Source: an uncultured Verrucomicrobiae bacterium (GTDB lineage Bacteria; Verrucomicrobiota; Verrucomicrobiia; Chthoniobacterales; Chthoniobacteraceae). From it: a DNA stretch of 64,000 bases. Below, one piece after another: positions 52,248 through 62,990 of the stretch. The notes beneath the pieces are model-generated. The model had not been told where the DNA came from and did not search any database. It saw nothing but the letters and a program-made list of their open reading frames with translations. The stretch lies in assembly GCA_963828525.1 (NCBI GenBank), contig CAWHEP010000002.1, forward strand, positions 128,001-192,000. The letters run 5' to 3'. The stretch's first letter is position 1; each line of letters begins with the position of its first letter. Made by a program: the position numbers and the translations under genes.

Positions 52248-53408
52248 GTCAGTTCGGCTTCTGTTACCGGTTCTTTCAATGCCGCCGGATCCTGGGTTAC
52301 AATCACCGGCTCTTCCTCCACGCGCCGCCTCCGCGTCAACGCCCGGAACTGCGCGGGCAGGCCGACAATCCCCTTTGGCATGAACAACACCACCAGGATG
52401 AAGAGCGTCCCCTCGATCATCAGCCAGTAATTAGGGAAAGCGCGGTTGGCGAAGTTCTTAAACGCGTTCACGACGACGGCCCCTATGATCGGGCCAATAA
52501 GCGTTCCCCGCCCTCCCACTGCCACCCACACCACCGCCTCCAGTGATTTCTCGGGAGCCATCTCGCTGGGATTGATGATCCCAACCTGCGGCACATACAG
52601 CGCCCCGCCCACGCTCGCGATCATCGCGCTGATTACAAAGATGAAAAGTTTGAAGTTGGCCGCCGCATACCCGGAAAAGAGCACGCGATTTTCGCTATCG
52701 CGGATTGCTCGCTGAACCTTCCCCAGCTTGGTCGTGGTAAGCCACCGCGAAAAAATGTAAACAGCCAGCAACAACAAAGCGGATGCGATGTAGAGACCCC
52801 GCTGCGTGCTGGCGCTCCTCAAGTCGTGTCCCAGTAGAAACTTGTAATCGGTTAGTCCATTATTACCGCCGAATGTGAAGTCGTTTCTGAAGAACATGAG
52901 GCAGGCGCCATAGGTAAACGCCTGGGTCAGGATCGAAAAATATACTCCCTTGATGCGCGACCGAAACGCCAGGAAACCGAAGACCAGCGCTACGAGGCCA
53001 GGCACCCACAGAACCGCCGCCGCCGCAAACCAGAAGCTCTTGAACGGCACCCAGTGCGCGGGCAGCCTCGGGTATCCGAGGAACACCATGAAGTCCGGGA
53101 GATCGCTATGATACTGCCCCAGCTTCCCGATCATGAGCATCAAGTGCATCCCAAGGGCGTAACCGCCCAATGAGAAGAAAAGACACTGTCCCAGGCTCAA
53201 CAGCCCGGTGTATCCCCACAGAAGATCCACGCTGATCGCGAGAATGGCGAACGTGAGGAACTTTCCATACAGATTGATCGTGAAGTTGTTGATGTGCAGC
53301 AGACTCGTTTCCGGCGTGAATGCGTTCAGCGAGGGAATAAAGAACGATCGCGATGAATGCCACGATCGCCCCAAAGAACACCTCCCGTTTGTATTTAGGA
53401 TTCTCCAT
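52244..53408 (-). CDS. urtC: Urea-type ABC transporter permease, frameshifted near 53340
   Basis: [50 protein letters not shown]. Confidence 0.9.
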
Positions 53409-55158
53409 TTAGCCCTCCAGGCTCCGGCTCTTGGTTACAAAGATCCCGGCGGGCCGCCATTGCAGGAACAGAATGATCATGCCCAGCACCGTGATCTTGC
53501 CCATGACAGGCCCGATGAAGGGTTGCAGCGTCTCGTCCATGATTCCGATCCCCAACGCCGAGCAGATTGTGCCAATCAGATTTCCCACGCCTCCTACCAC
53601 CACCGTCATGAAGCAATCAACAATATAGCTCTGGCCCAGGCTGGGCCCGACATTTCCGATCTGCGACAGGAATGCTCCTGCCAATCCCGCAAGTCCTGAA
53701 CCAAGCGCGAACGTCATCATATTCACGCGCTCCGTCCGCACCCCTATGCACGCGGCCATATCCCTTTTTTGCATCACCGCTCGGATCAGCAAACCCAGCG
53801 GCGTTTTGGTGAGAAGCAGCCACGTGGCAATCACGATGACGACCGCGAAGGCAATAACGAAAATGCGGTTATAGCCGAGGATCACGTCGTTGAACGTGAA
53901 GTTCCCGCTCAGCCATCCCGGCGAATTTACCTGCACATTGGCCGCTCCAAAAATGAGCCTGAACGCCTGTTGCAGCACGAGAGAAACTCCCCATGTCGCC
54001 AGCAACGACTCCAGCGGGCGGCGATACAGAAATTGTATGATCGTTCTCTCGAGCAGAAGCCCCACCAGCGCCGCGCTTACAAACGCAAACGGGAGCGAAA
54101 CAAGAAAATAAGCATCGTACAAGCCGCCCGTAAGTCCGATGCCGGGAATCGAGACATTGAATCCAAACGGCGAAAGCGCAAGCCCAGACCCAAAGATGTT
54201 TTGCACCACGTACAGTCGCATAAGCGCCCACAGCGATCAGCTCGCCATGCGCCATATTGATGACGCCCATCAAACCAAACGTAATTGCCAGCCCGATTGC
54301 GACCACCAGGAGGACCGAACCCAGGCTAAGTCCCCTGAAAAGTGTCCCGTAGAAATTGACCATCCCCATATACCCATCCAACGACTTTAAAGCAGCCTGG
54401 GCAGTCTTCGCGTTCTTTGAGGCGGAGTTCCCCGCAATATCCGAAACCAGCTTGTAACTCCCGATGGAGTGCAAGCTCGCAAGATTGTTGATCGCGTTTG
54501 CCTGCGTCGTCGTGTCAGGATCCGCAAGGTCAATAAGCGCCCGCGCTTCCTTGATCGCTTTTAAAACCGCCGGGTCGTGCTCCCTGGCCTCGCGGGCGTC
54601 CAAAAGAGCGATGTTTGTTTTCTTCTGGCTCATGCCCAGCTTCATCACGGCTGAGCGCCTCACCTGCGCGTCCGCGGCCGAGAGACCCAGCAAATCGAGC
54701 GAGTGCTGCAGCGCCTTTCGCAAGCTCGTGGAGGTGTCTACGGCATTCAGATCTGAACTGACCTGCTTAAGGGTGTTTCCCTTGTCGTCTTTCAGTAACT
54801 CTCCGTTATCCACGCGGTAGCCTCTGACCTTCCCCTCCGCGTCCGGATTGTCCTCGATGGTATACGGAATCTTCCCTGTGCCTGCCTCGTAGATATAGAT
54901 GCCGCCCTCGCGCCACGCGATAATCGTCTTGCTTACCCCCTCGGCGCCGGTGTCTGAGACCTGCTCGATCAACTTTATTTGCTCAGGTTCCGATGTGCTT
55001 AGCATCGCCTGCACCAGCAACTTGCGAGCGTCCGATTCCGAACTGGCTCGCGCTGGAGTGACTACTGCCAGGCACGCCAGTGCTCCAAGGCAGCAGAAAA
55101 CCTTCGAAAGGCCTCGTGTCCCGAGTCGCGCGATTATTTGTTTGAGTGTTGGCATCAC
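53409..55158 (-). CDS. urtB: Urea-type ABC transporter permease with periplasmic N-terminal domain, frameshifted near 54213
   Basis: [51 protein letters not shown]. Confidence 0.9.
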
Positions 55159-55168
55159 CGTTTCCGGA

Positions 55169-55204
55169 CAAGAAGAAGGGGCGGGTTTCTGTCTCCCGCC
55201 CCTC
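55169..55204 (-). terminator. Intercistronic hairpin after urtA (terminator-like or mRNA-stabilising)
   Basis: Minus strand AGGGGCGGG-AGACAGAAA-CCCGCCCCT then TCTTCTT. Confidence 0.65.
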
Positions 55205-55240
55205 CCCTCAATGATTTGGCTTGTTTGGTAAATCCCGCCC

Positions 55241-56551
55241 TTATTTCTCCTTCATGAATGTCCCCTTGAGGAACGGTTCCCCGTAAACCTGATTGAATTC
55301 TTTCAGGATCTTGAACTGCCCGTTGGCCTTGGTCTCACCGATATAAACGTTCTTTGTAACATGGTGATTCTTCTGCACTGTGACTTTGCCGTCCGGACCG
55401 TCAAAGGTGATCGCGCCGGACTTCGAGCGCCGCGCGCACTTTGTCCACGTCAAGCGAGCCAGCTTTCTCCACGCGGCTTTCCATAGGTAGACGCCGTCGT
55501 AGCTGAAAGCACCATCGGGCTGCACGTCACACGCTTCCTTCCTTGACCCGGACTTCAGCTGTCGTCGTCTTAAACCACTCTTTGAAGTTCGCGAGGAACT
55601 TCTTGTTTGCTGCCGTATCGATGGACATGAAGTAGCTCCAGCGCCGAGTTGACCGACCAGATTCTTGGCAGGCAGGCTGCGGAAGTTCATCTTCCGCGAT
55701 CGAGATAGGAGACAACCGGGCAAGTATCGGCGGATAGGCCGCGTTCGCGTATCTCTTTGAAGAACGGAGGTTGGTATCGCCGTTCATCGTGCTGATCACG
55801 CACGCGTCGCCGCTGGCCGCGAAATCTTTGATCTCAGCAACGATTTGCTGATAATCTTTATGACCGAATGGCGTGTATTTGCCCGCCGAGATGATCTTGC
55901 CGGGCTGTCCTTGTTGAGACCGCCGCCGATGTTTTCGAGCGGGACGCCTTTGCTGCGAAGATACTCCAGCAACACGAGGTTGGTCGTTTGCGGATAAACG
56001 TAATCCGTGCCAGCAGGTAGAATTTCTTTTTGCCCTGCGCGAGGAGATAGTCCACCGCGGGAATCGCCTGCTGATTTACAGCTTCGGCGGTGTAAATGAT
56101 GTTCTTTGAAAGCTTCTTCGCCCTCGTACTGGACAGGGTAGAAGAGCAGGCCGTTGTCTTTTTCGAACACGGGCAAACAGGATTTCCGGCTCACCGAAGT
56201 CCAGCAACCGAATACAACCGCGACTTTGTCCGCTCCGAGGAGTTGTTTGGAATTTTCGGCGAACGTCGGCCAGTCGGAACCCGGGTCCTAATGTCACAGG
56301 ACGATCTTCTTCCCGAGAACGCCGCCCTTCGCGTTGATCTCATCGAACGTGAAAAGCAGAATATCACGCAGCGAGGTTTCGCTGATGGCCATTGTGCCGC
56401 TAAGGTCATGCAGCACTCCAACCTTCACCGTGTCGTCGGCCGCGCTCGCGCCAACGATCGAGGAAAGCAGAAGTCCGCCAGAGGCGAGCAGAGCACTGAG
56501 TGAACGAACTGATTTAATCATCATTATTTTTCTTTGTTGCGACGGCTTCAT
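55241..56551 (-). CDS. urtA: Urea-type ABC substrate-binding protein with many frameshifts (error or pseudogene)
   Basis: Fragments in several frames: [79 protein letters not shown]. Confidence 0.88.
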
Positions 56552-56643
56552 TTTCAGAGACCGCTTTCGACTGACATTCGGCATGAATGGGTTTTACGAG
56601 CCACGCGGCATGCGCGAACAACGCGTGGTTCGAGCAACGCCTT

Positions 56644-56660
56644 AGCAGGGGCCATACCAA
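56644..56660 (-). promoter_or_regulatory. Sigma54 (-24/-12) promoter of the urt operon
   Basis: Minus strand TTGGTATGGCCCCTGCT gives GG-N10-GC, about 90 bp upstream of urtA. Confidence 0.65.
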
Positions 56661-57150
56661 TTATTCGAGAAACACTTCACTCTGTCAGACGGTGTCCGTA
56701 ACTAGCTGGAGTAGAGCTACTAAGATAAGGGATATTAATTTGTGCAAAAACTCTGTAACACGCAGAAATGAGAACGGAGGAGAAATTCGGCACAGCCTCC
56801 CACCCCAGGCTGAACAAATAAAGCCACTGAGGGGCAACCGAATGTTTGACCCTCTTTCTCAATCCGCGACTCATCAAAAACGAACTGCGGGCGACCTAAA
56901 AACACGTAACCGTCCGCGCCCGAAGCGCGGAGCGCATCCGCGCCGCTGAGAGAAGACGGTGATGTTCGGGGAGCGCCTGCGAGATGAACGGTGAGAACGA
57001 GCGAAGGCGCAGGCGCAGATCCCAGAGGCGCGATCCGCGCGCAAGGCCTGCATCCGGCAGACATGGCCCTGACTTTGTGCGCGCTCGCCCGCGAACCGCC
57101 TCACGCCTCGTGTGCTCCACGCCGTAATTTATCAGGAGAGTGCTTTGGTG

Positions 57151-57694
57151 TCATTGTCCACCGCTGGCCCCCTGCATGATCGGCCCTATATCCATCGTGA
57201 AGACCGGAACCCGGAGCGCGCCCCGGCCTGGAGGCATGTAGCTGAAGACTTCGCCCGTGGGCTGCGCCACAAGCTTCAGCTTTTGCCCAGCCTGCATGGA
57301 GTCCTCATGCGGGCAATCCTTCAGCAGGATGAGGGACTCCACCACCGGGAGCCCATAGTAATTCGCCTTCACCAGCCCGTTGGTCAATCGATCAGGAGTT
57401 CTCCATATTGCCGTGTGTCTTGGTCGTTGGCCCGCTTGATCTGCTCCTCCGTCAACGGGCTATTCCGCATTCTCTCGCTTTGAAAAAGAAGCCCGCTTCC
57501 TGGGATGACGGAAATGATCTGCCCGCGAGCAACTGCTAAAGGCCCGGTTGTGGGACTGCCGTTGCTTCCGCTCGCGGCGTCGCTGTCGGGACGGGAGAGA
57601 GGCCTGTCGTCGCCGCCCCGTCTTGCGCCTTATGCGACAGAAAAAAGATCGCGCAGCACGCTCCAACGATCACGCCTAGTAGGAATTTGGTCAT
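57151..57694 (-). CDS. Membrane-anchored hypothetical protein, broken by frameshifts
   Basis: MTKFLLGVIVGACCAIFFL anchor and a Pro/Thr/Ala-rich linker; further coding-like segments in other frames, ending at 57151. Confidence 0.5.
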
Positions 57695-57820
57695 TAAGAA
57701 TGTCCGCTTTCAACTTATCAGGCGTTTCGGTGATCGAACATACCGGGAAGATTCAGAAGAGGTCGCGGCGATCATTCCGGCAAACGCCTTCCCACCCGCT
57801 CCTCGGTCCTGGCCCACCTT

Positions 57821-57852
57821 AAAACGAAAAACGCCTCCCGAAGGAGGCGTTT
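57821..57852 (-). terminator. Rho-independent terminator downstream of the outer-membrane protein gene
   Basis: Minus strand AAACGCCTCC-TTCG-GGAGGCGTTT followed by TTCGTTTT. Confidence 0.85.
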
Positions 57853-57945
57853 GCTCGATCTCGGCCACTTGGCCGAATCCAGACTTGAGCACCTGGCAAT
57901 CCCTCCGAGCAGATGCTCGGAGGGATCCACCAAGAGTCAGTTAAC

Positions 57946-58917
57946 TTAGAACGTTACACCAAGGGTCGCTTGGAACACGTGCTGCGCTTCATCTGTTGGT
58001 CCTTTGACGGACACAGGTGACAGTTCAGCAACGGTCTGCCCGATGTAGTAGAACGTGTAGCCAGCGGATGCGGTCCAGGAACCAATCTGCTTGGGAACGA
58101 ATGCCAGAGGAACGCTGAGCGTTACGCCTGCGGATACGAACCCGAAGTTGGTGCCACGTTGCGCAGCCTTTGGCGCGGGAGCCTGAAGACTGTAGAATTC
58201 CTTCGTGCCTTCGCCGCCGGTGATTGGCAGCGTGAGGGTCAAAGGATAGTCTGACTTCGGCATCAAGGTGTAGCTAGGAGCGATACCTTGTTCGAGGTAC
58301 CAGCCTTCGTGGTTGCCTGTGCCTGCGCGGCCATCGCCAGGGATCTCAGCCAGCACGGTCACGTGAGGATGAAGCGCAAATGCGGAATACGCCCCCATCA
58401 TGTCCGAGTCGTTAAGAGCCAGTGTCTGGTTGATGCTGCGAGCGGGCTGGAACGAATCAGAAGGACTGTCGAACTCAAAATACTGCACTGTGTAGGTCCA
58501 GTTCTTCAAGAACGTCATCGTTATACCTGGATCCCAGTCAAACTCGTACCAGTTACGGGTCGTGGAGCCGGGCGCGGCAAAACGCGACTTCGTGTGGATG
58601 CTCGACCAGAATGAAAGCTGGACCGAGACCGAGTTGATGAAGCCTTTGCCTTCATAAACTTTGAAGAAAAGGTCGAGGTATGGCTGATTGATTACCCCTT
58701 GATTTTCCAGCACGATACCACGCGAGATGTACTCGTTGGTCACCGTGTCGCCGATGTCACCCGTGATCCATGATTGGACGGGAGCTTCGGGTGCCACAAC
58801 TTGCTTCTTACCGTCGGAAGCCTCGACGCCGGCAAAGCCCGATGTTGGGGCGAGCACGGTAGCGCCCAGCGCTACTGCGCCGAACACTGCGGATTTCAGA
58901 CTGTTTTTAATTACCAT
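57946..58917 (-). CDS. Outer-membrane beta-barrel protein (TorF/Gcw_chp-like putative porin)
   Basis: Signal peptide, NEYISRG, WYEFD, amphipathic strands, C-terminal Phe (ATLGVTF). Confidence 0.75.
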   Translation of the reverse strand: MVIKNSLKSAVFGAVALGATVLAPTSGFAGVEASDGKKQVVAPEAPVQSWITGDIGDTVTNEYISRGIVLENQGVINQPYLDLFFKVYEGKGFINSVSVQLSFWSSIHTKSRFAAPGSTTRNWYEFDWDPGITMTFLKNWTYTVQYFEFDSPSDSFQPARSINQTLALNDSDMMGAYSAFALHPHVTVLAEIPGDGRAGTGNHEGWYLEQGIAPSYTLMPKSDYPLTLTLPITGGEGTKEFYSLQAPAPKAAQRGTNFGFVSAGVTLSVPLAFVPKQIGSWTASAGYTFYYIGQTVAELSPVSVKGPTDEAQHVFQATLGVTF

Positions 58918-59162
58918 GTTTAGTTTTCTTGGTTTTCGGTTGGTTTAAGCGCCGAACTTTCGGCAGTTCGCTGGATACCAATATCTCCCCCATTCCTCAA
59001 CAAGTATTTTACATCAATTTTCGTCGGCAAATGTAAGCCGCTCCCTCCAAGCCACTTATAATCCAAAATATTTTCGTATTTTTTGAACGGATTGCCTTTG
59101 TAGCTGTCTACACTCTGTTCACGCGCCAGTCTTTTGAACCTTTTCTCGGCTCAAAAACCCGC

Positions 59163-61142
59163 TCACACGATCTCCACCGGGCACTTCGGCAGCGCCTTCA
59201 GGAAGGCTTTGCCATACGGTTTCGTCAGAACCCGGCTGTCCAGAATGACCACAATTCCGCTGTCCTGCCGTGTCCGGATCAGCCGCCCCACCCCCTGCCG
59301 CAACTTCAAGATCGCCTCAGGAAGAGAATATTCCGAGAAGGGGTCGCCTCCCCGTTCCTCGATTGCTTCCAGTCTGGCTTCCGTCAGCGGGCTGTCGGGC
59401 ACGGCAAAGGGCAGCCGCGTGATGATGACATTCGACAGCGCTTCACCTGGCACATCCACTCCGCTCCAGAAGCTCTCCGTGCCGAACAGGACATGCCGGT
59501 CGTCCTTCTTGAACTCCGCCAGCAACCGGTGCCTCGGCATACCCTCGCCTTGCACAAGCAGGTTCCACTTCCGGCGAAAGCCGGCACTGACTCGCTGCGC
59601 CATCGCGTTCATCAATTTGTAGCTTGTAAACAGCACAAACGCCCTCCCCTTTGACAATCCGACGAAGTGCTCGATCCGCTCCGCGACCGCTCCCTCATAC
59701 TCCTTATCCCGCGGATCGGGCATGTTCCGCGCGACGAAGAGCTTCATCTGCTTCTCGTAATCGAATGGGCTTCCAATCTGCCTGGCCTCGGAATCGGTTG
59801 CCCCAACCCTATTGCGGAAGTAGAGCATCTCCTCGTTGCCCACAGACAGCGTAGCGCTCGTCATGATACAGGAGCGGCCTTCTCCGAAAAGAAGCTGCTT
59901 TAGCAGGCCCGCCATATCCACCGGGGAGGCGTTCAGGTTCAGGAACTGGCCAGCCTTTCCCGCTTTCTCCGCCCAATACACGTAGCCGCCCGCTGTTTGT
60001 CCGAGGAACGTGACTAGCCCATCGCGCATTTCGCGCACCCTGCGTCCGAGATCCTGTAATTCCGCTTTCAGCGGATGATCGGGCATCTTCCGTATCTCTT
60101 TGATGGCTATATCCAACAGCCCCTCCAGGCCAGGAGACAGCGAATCGTCGGCCAGCCCGGCTTCACGTACCCGGAACTCCCGGCTCTTCTTGAAATCGCA
60201 CCCGATCTCCACCGAGGAGAAAAACTGATCGCTTTCCCCCAGCAGCGCCGTGACGGCGCGAATGCCATCCGGGTTCCGCAGGAGAGAGAATACACCTTTC
60301 TTCGTCACCGGATTGTACAGCCGGTGGAGCGCGGTTCGCAGGCCGAACTGCGAGACACCGATGCCGAGTTGCCTCGCGGCGGCGGCCTCCAGCGTGTGCG
60401 CTTCATCGAAGATCACGAAATCGTTGGCAAATATATATCCGTCTCCGGCCGTTTCCGCCGGCATCGTCCCCAGGTTCATGAAGAACAGCGTGTGATTCAT
60501 CACCACGATGTTCGCGGTGAGCAGCCGCTTCCTGGCTTCCTGGTAGAAACAGCGGGCATTCTCACCTCCGCAGCTCTTTGCCGTGCAGATGTGTTGCTCG
60601 CTGCAAACCTGCGCCCACACGCCCGGATCTGGTTCCACCGCGAAATCACTAAGCGTCCCTTCCCGCGTGGTGAGACTCCAGTCGCGGATGCGCTCCAGCT
60701 CCTCCCGCTCGGGCGAAGTGAAGAGTTCACTCGCGTTCTGCAGCGCCCGCTCCAGCCGTTTCGGGCAGAGATAATTCTGCCGCCCCTTCCACAGCGCCGC
60801 CTCGAACTCGATTGGCAGCACCTTTTGCAGGATCGGTATATCCTTATAGATTAGCTGCTCTTGTAAATTGATCGTATACGTGGAGACGATCGCCTTCTTC
60901 TTTGTTTCCACCGCGTAAAGGATCGCGGGGACGAGATACGCCAGCGATTTACCCACGCCCGTGCCCGCCTCCACTACCAGATGCCGCTCCTCATCCAGGG
61001 CCCGCGCGACGGCGACCGCCATCTCCTGCTGCTCCCGCCGATACTCGAAGTTCTTCGCGCCCGCGAGCAAGCCGTCCGCGGAGAAGATGCGGCTGATCCG
61101 CTCCGCGAAGTCATCACTGAATTGCTCCCGCAGCGCGATCAT
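59163..61142 (-). CDS. ATP-dependent DNA helicase, DinG/YoaA family
   Basis: VEAGTGVGKS, TINLQEQL, KGR.NYLC, Fe-S Cys residues, FDEAH, TSATL, SPFDY, LFTSY, FW.GVDV, QGVGRLIR. Confidence 0.95.
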   Translation of the reverse strand: MIALREQFSDDFAERISRIFSADGLLAGAKNFEYRREQQEMAVAVARALDEERHLVVEAGTGVGKSLAYLVPAILYAVETKKKAIVSTYTINLQEQLIYKDIPILQKVLPIEFEAALWKGRQNYLCPKRLERALQNASELFTSPEREELERIRDWSLTTREGTLSDFAVEPDPGVWAQVCSEQHICTAKSCGGENARCFYQEARKRLLTANIVVMNHTLFFMNLGTMPAETAGDGYIFANDFVIFDEAHTLEAAAARQLGIGVSQFGLRTALHRLYNPVTKKGVFSLLRNPDGIRAVTALLGESDQFFSSVEIGCDFKKSREFRVREAGLADDSLSPGLEGLLDIAIKEIRKMPDHPLKAELQDLGRRVREMRDGLVTFLGQTAGGYVYWAEKAGKAGQFLNLNASPVDMAGLLKQLLFGEGRSCIMTSATLSVGNEEMLYFRNRVGATDSEARQIGSPFDYEKQMKLFVARNMPDPRDKEYEGAVAERIEHFVGLSKGRAFVLFTSYKLMNAMAQRVSAGFRRKWNLLVQGEGMPRHRLLAEFKKDDRHVLFGTESFWSGVDVPGEALSNVIITRLPFAVPDSPLTEARLEAIEERGGDPFSEYSLPEAILKLRQGVGRLIRTRQDSGIVVILDSRVLTKPYGKAFLKALPKCPVEIV

Positions 61143-61196
61143 GTTTGAATTTGCGATTCCCGCGACGTTCGTTTCGAGCTAAAACACCTCACCTGC

Positions 61197-62399
61197 ATGC
61201 GCACCCTGGATCGATACGTCCTCAAGAACTTCCTTGTTCCTTTTTTGCTCTGCTTCTTTGGATTTATCGCGATCTGGCTCGTGTTCGACATCATGAACAA
61301 CGCCAACGAGTTCCTCGAGAACAAGATTTCGCCGAACCGCATCGCCTATTACTACGCGACGCAGCTCCCTTTGGTGATGGTGCTCTCCATGCCCTTGGGA
61401 GAGCTGCTCGCCCTGCTCTTCTCGCTCAGTAAGATGTCCCGCTCAAACGAAATCATCTCCATGCTCACCGCTGGCCAGAGCGTGACCCGCATCCTCCTGC
61501 CGCTTTTTGCCTTCGGTTTCTTTCTCACCGCTGCCTGCTTTGCTTTGGAACATGATCTCGCCCCGCACGCCGAAGCGACTCGCAAGGCTTTGCAGGATGA
61601 ATTTCGCGGCAAGAGCGGCGTCCAGCCGCTTGAACAGCAGCTCTTCAGGAATCGTGTCGATTTCCGCACATGGTACGTCCAGAGCATCCGTCCCGATCTG
61701 AATGCCCTCCAGGGCGTTCACATCACGCAACAGGACGCCAATGGCAATTTCGTCGCGAAATATTACGCGAACGTCGCCACGTTTGACCGCTCCGATAAAT
61801 CATGGAACCTGCGGAACAGCAGGGTCACCCACTTCAACGCCCAGGGAGACCTGACCTTCGACCTGGCAAGCACCCAGAAGATCCAGAACTGGTCGGAAAC
61901 GCCTTGGCGCATCATCAGCGCGAATTTGGAGCCCGAGAATCTTTCGATGCCTGAACTTCGGGAGTATCTCGATACCAACGCCGACTTCCCGGAGCCGCAG
62001 TTGGCTGCCTACAAGACTTACCTCGACTATCGCTGGGCGGTTCCTTGGGCCTGCCTGGTAGTCATCCTCATAGCCGCGCCACTCGGCATTGTCTATTCCC
62101 GGCGCGGCGTCCTTGCGGGAGTCGCCAGCTCCATCTTCATCTTCTTTGGCCTGTTCTTTCTTGGCTACCTCTTCCTCGCCCTCGGAAAGGGCGACCGGGT
62201 TCCTCCCGCTGTAGCAGCATGGTTCCCAAACGCGCTTTTCGCCGCGTTGGGCCTGTTCCTCCTCTGGATGCGTTCCACCAACCGCGACTTCCCCACCCTG
62301 GCCACAATGTTCGCGAGCTCTCAGTCGCGCTCCGGGCTGCCATCCGAGCGCCGTCTCCCGCCCGCCCTCCCCGAGAGCGAAGTGGACATCACGGGCTAG
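61197..62399 (+). CDS. LptF/LptG lipopolysaccharide export permease
   Basis: LDRYV, SRSNEI..M..AG.S, periplasmic beta region, PLG, AAWFPN. Confidence 0.9.
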   Translation: MRTLDRYVLKNFLVPFLLCFFGFIAIWLVFDIMNNANEFLENKISPNRIAYYYATQLPLVMVLSMPLGELLALLFSLSKMSRSNEIISMLTAGQSVTRILLPLFAFGFFLTAACFALEHDLAPHAEATRKALQDEFRGKSGVQPLEQQLFRNRVDFRTWYVQSIRPDLNALQGVHITQQDANGNFVAKYYANVATFDRSDKSWNLRNSRVTHFNAQGDLTFDLASTQKIQNWSETPWRIISANLEPENLSMPELREYLDTNADFPEPQLAAYKTYLDYRWAVPWACLVVILIAAPLGIVYSRRGVLAGVASSIFIFFGLFFLGYLFLALGKGDRVPPAVAAWFPNALFAALGLFLLWMRSTNRDFPTLATMFASSQSRSGLPSERRLPPALPESEVDITG

Positions 62400-62423
62400 G
62401 TCGCAGGCAACGCCGGCGCTCGC

Positions 62424-62966
62424 TCATCGCGATTCGAGCGAACGCGCGATCTGATCCACGATTCCCCACCCGCGCGTGGTAGCGGGAACCCCGAAGTGCC
62501 GCTCGACAACTTCATTCGGATACCATCGCCCTCCTTCTTTCATTCGCCGGACGCTCAGCGCGAATGTCCCCACCCGCCGGATGACGCGGACCTCCCAATC
62601 TTCACCCGCAGGCGCGCCATGCGGCAGCAGACTGTCCGCCTGCGGCTCCGAGCCGAGAACACTGAGATACGGCTTCACGCCGGCAGATTCGGCATACGCG
62701 GCAAAAGGGTCATCGTCACGCAAGGCCAGCACAGAGTCCACCGGGCGGATGAAGAACTCAGGCGAAAAGGAGAGGCGCCGTCCAATCTCCTCGCGAATTT
62801 CATTCTCGCCCGCCACCCGCCGGACCACCAGAGTTCCCGCCGCGCCAATATTTCGGACGTCCAGCGCGTGAAGATCACGCGCGAGTTGCGCCGGTTGGAA
62901 TCGCTGATACTTCCCAACGTTCACCGCTCTGAAAAAGACGACCGACGCCGCTTGAACGTCCAACAT
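62424..62966 (-). CDS. DUF1697 domain protein
   Basis: VFFRAVNVG, GAAGT.V, DPF, C-terminal ATTRGW. Confidence 0.75.
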   Translation of the reverse strand: MLDVQAASVVFFRAVNVGKYQRFQPAQLARDLHALDVRNIGAAGTLVVRRVAGENEIREEIGRRLSFSPEFFIRPVDSVLALRDDDPFAAYAESAGVKPYLSVLGSEPQADSLLPHGAPAGEDWEVRVIRRVGTFALSVRRMKEGGRWYPNEVVERHFGVPATTRGWGIVDQIARSLESR

Positions 62967-62990
62967 GGTGACTGACCCCGAATAAGGCGC

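Noticed and set aside
10754..56551. Programmed ribosomal frameshifting as the explanation of split genes
   Set aside because: No consistent slippery sites or downstream structures, and too many unrelated genes are affected.
56890..57130. GC-rich non-coding stretch upstream of the urt promoter as an ncRNA
   Set aside because: No convincing long stems, repeats or known motif identified by eye.
58945..58975. Alternative small hairpins in the leader of the porin-like gene (possible riboswitch)
   Set aside because: Stems are only 6 bp and match no riboswitch consensus I can recognise.
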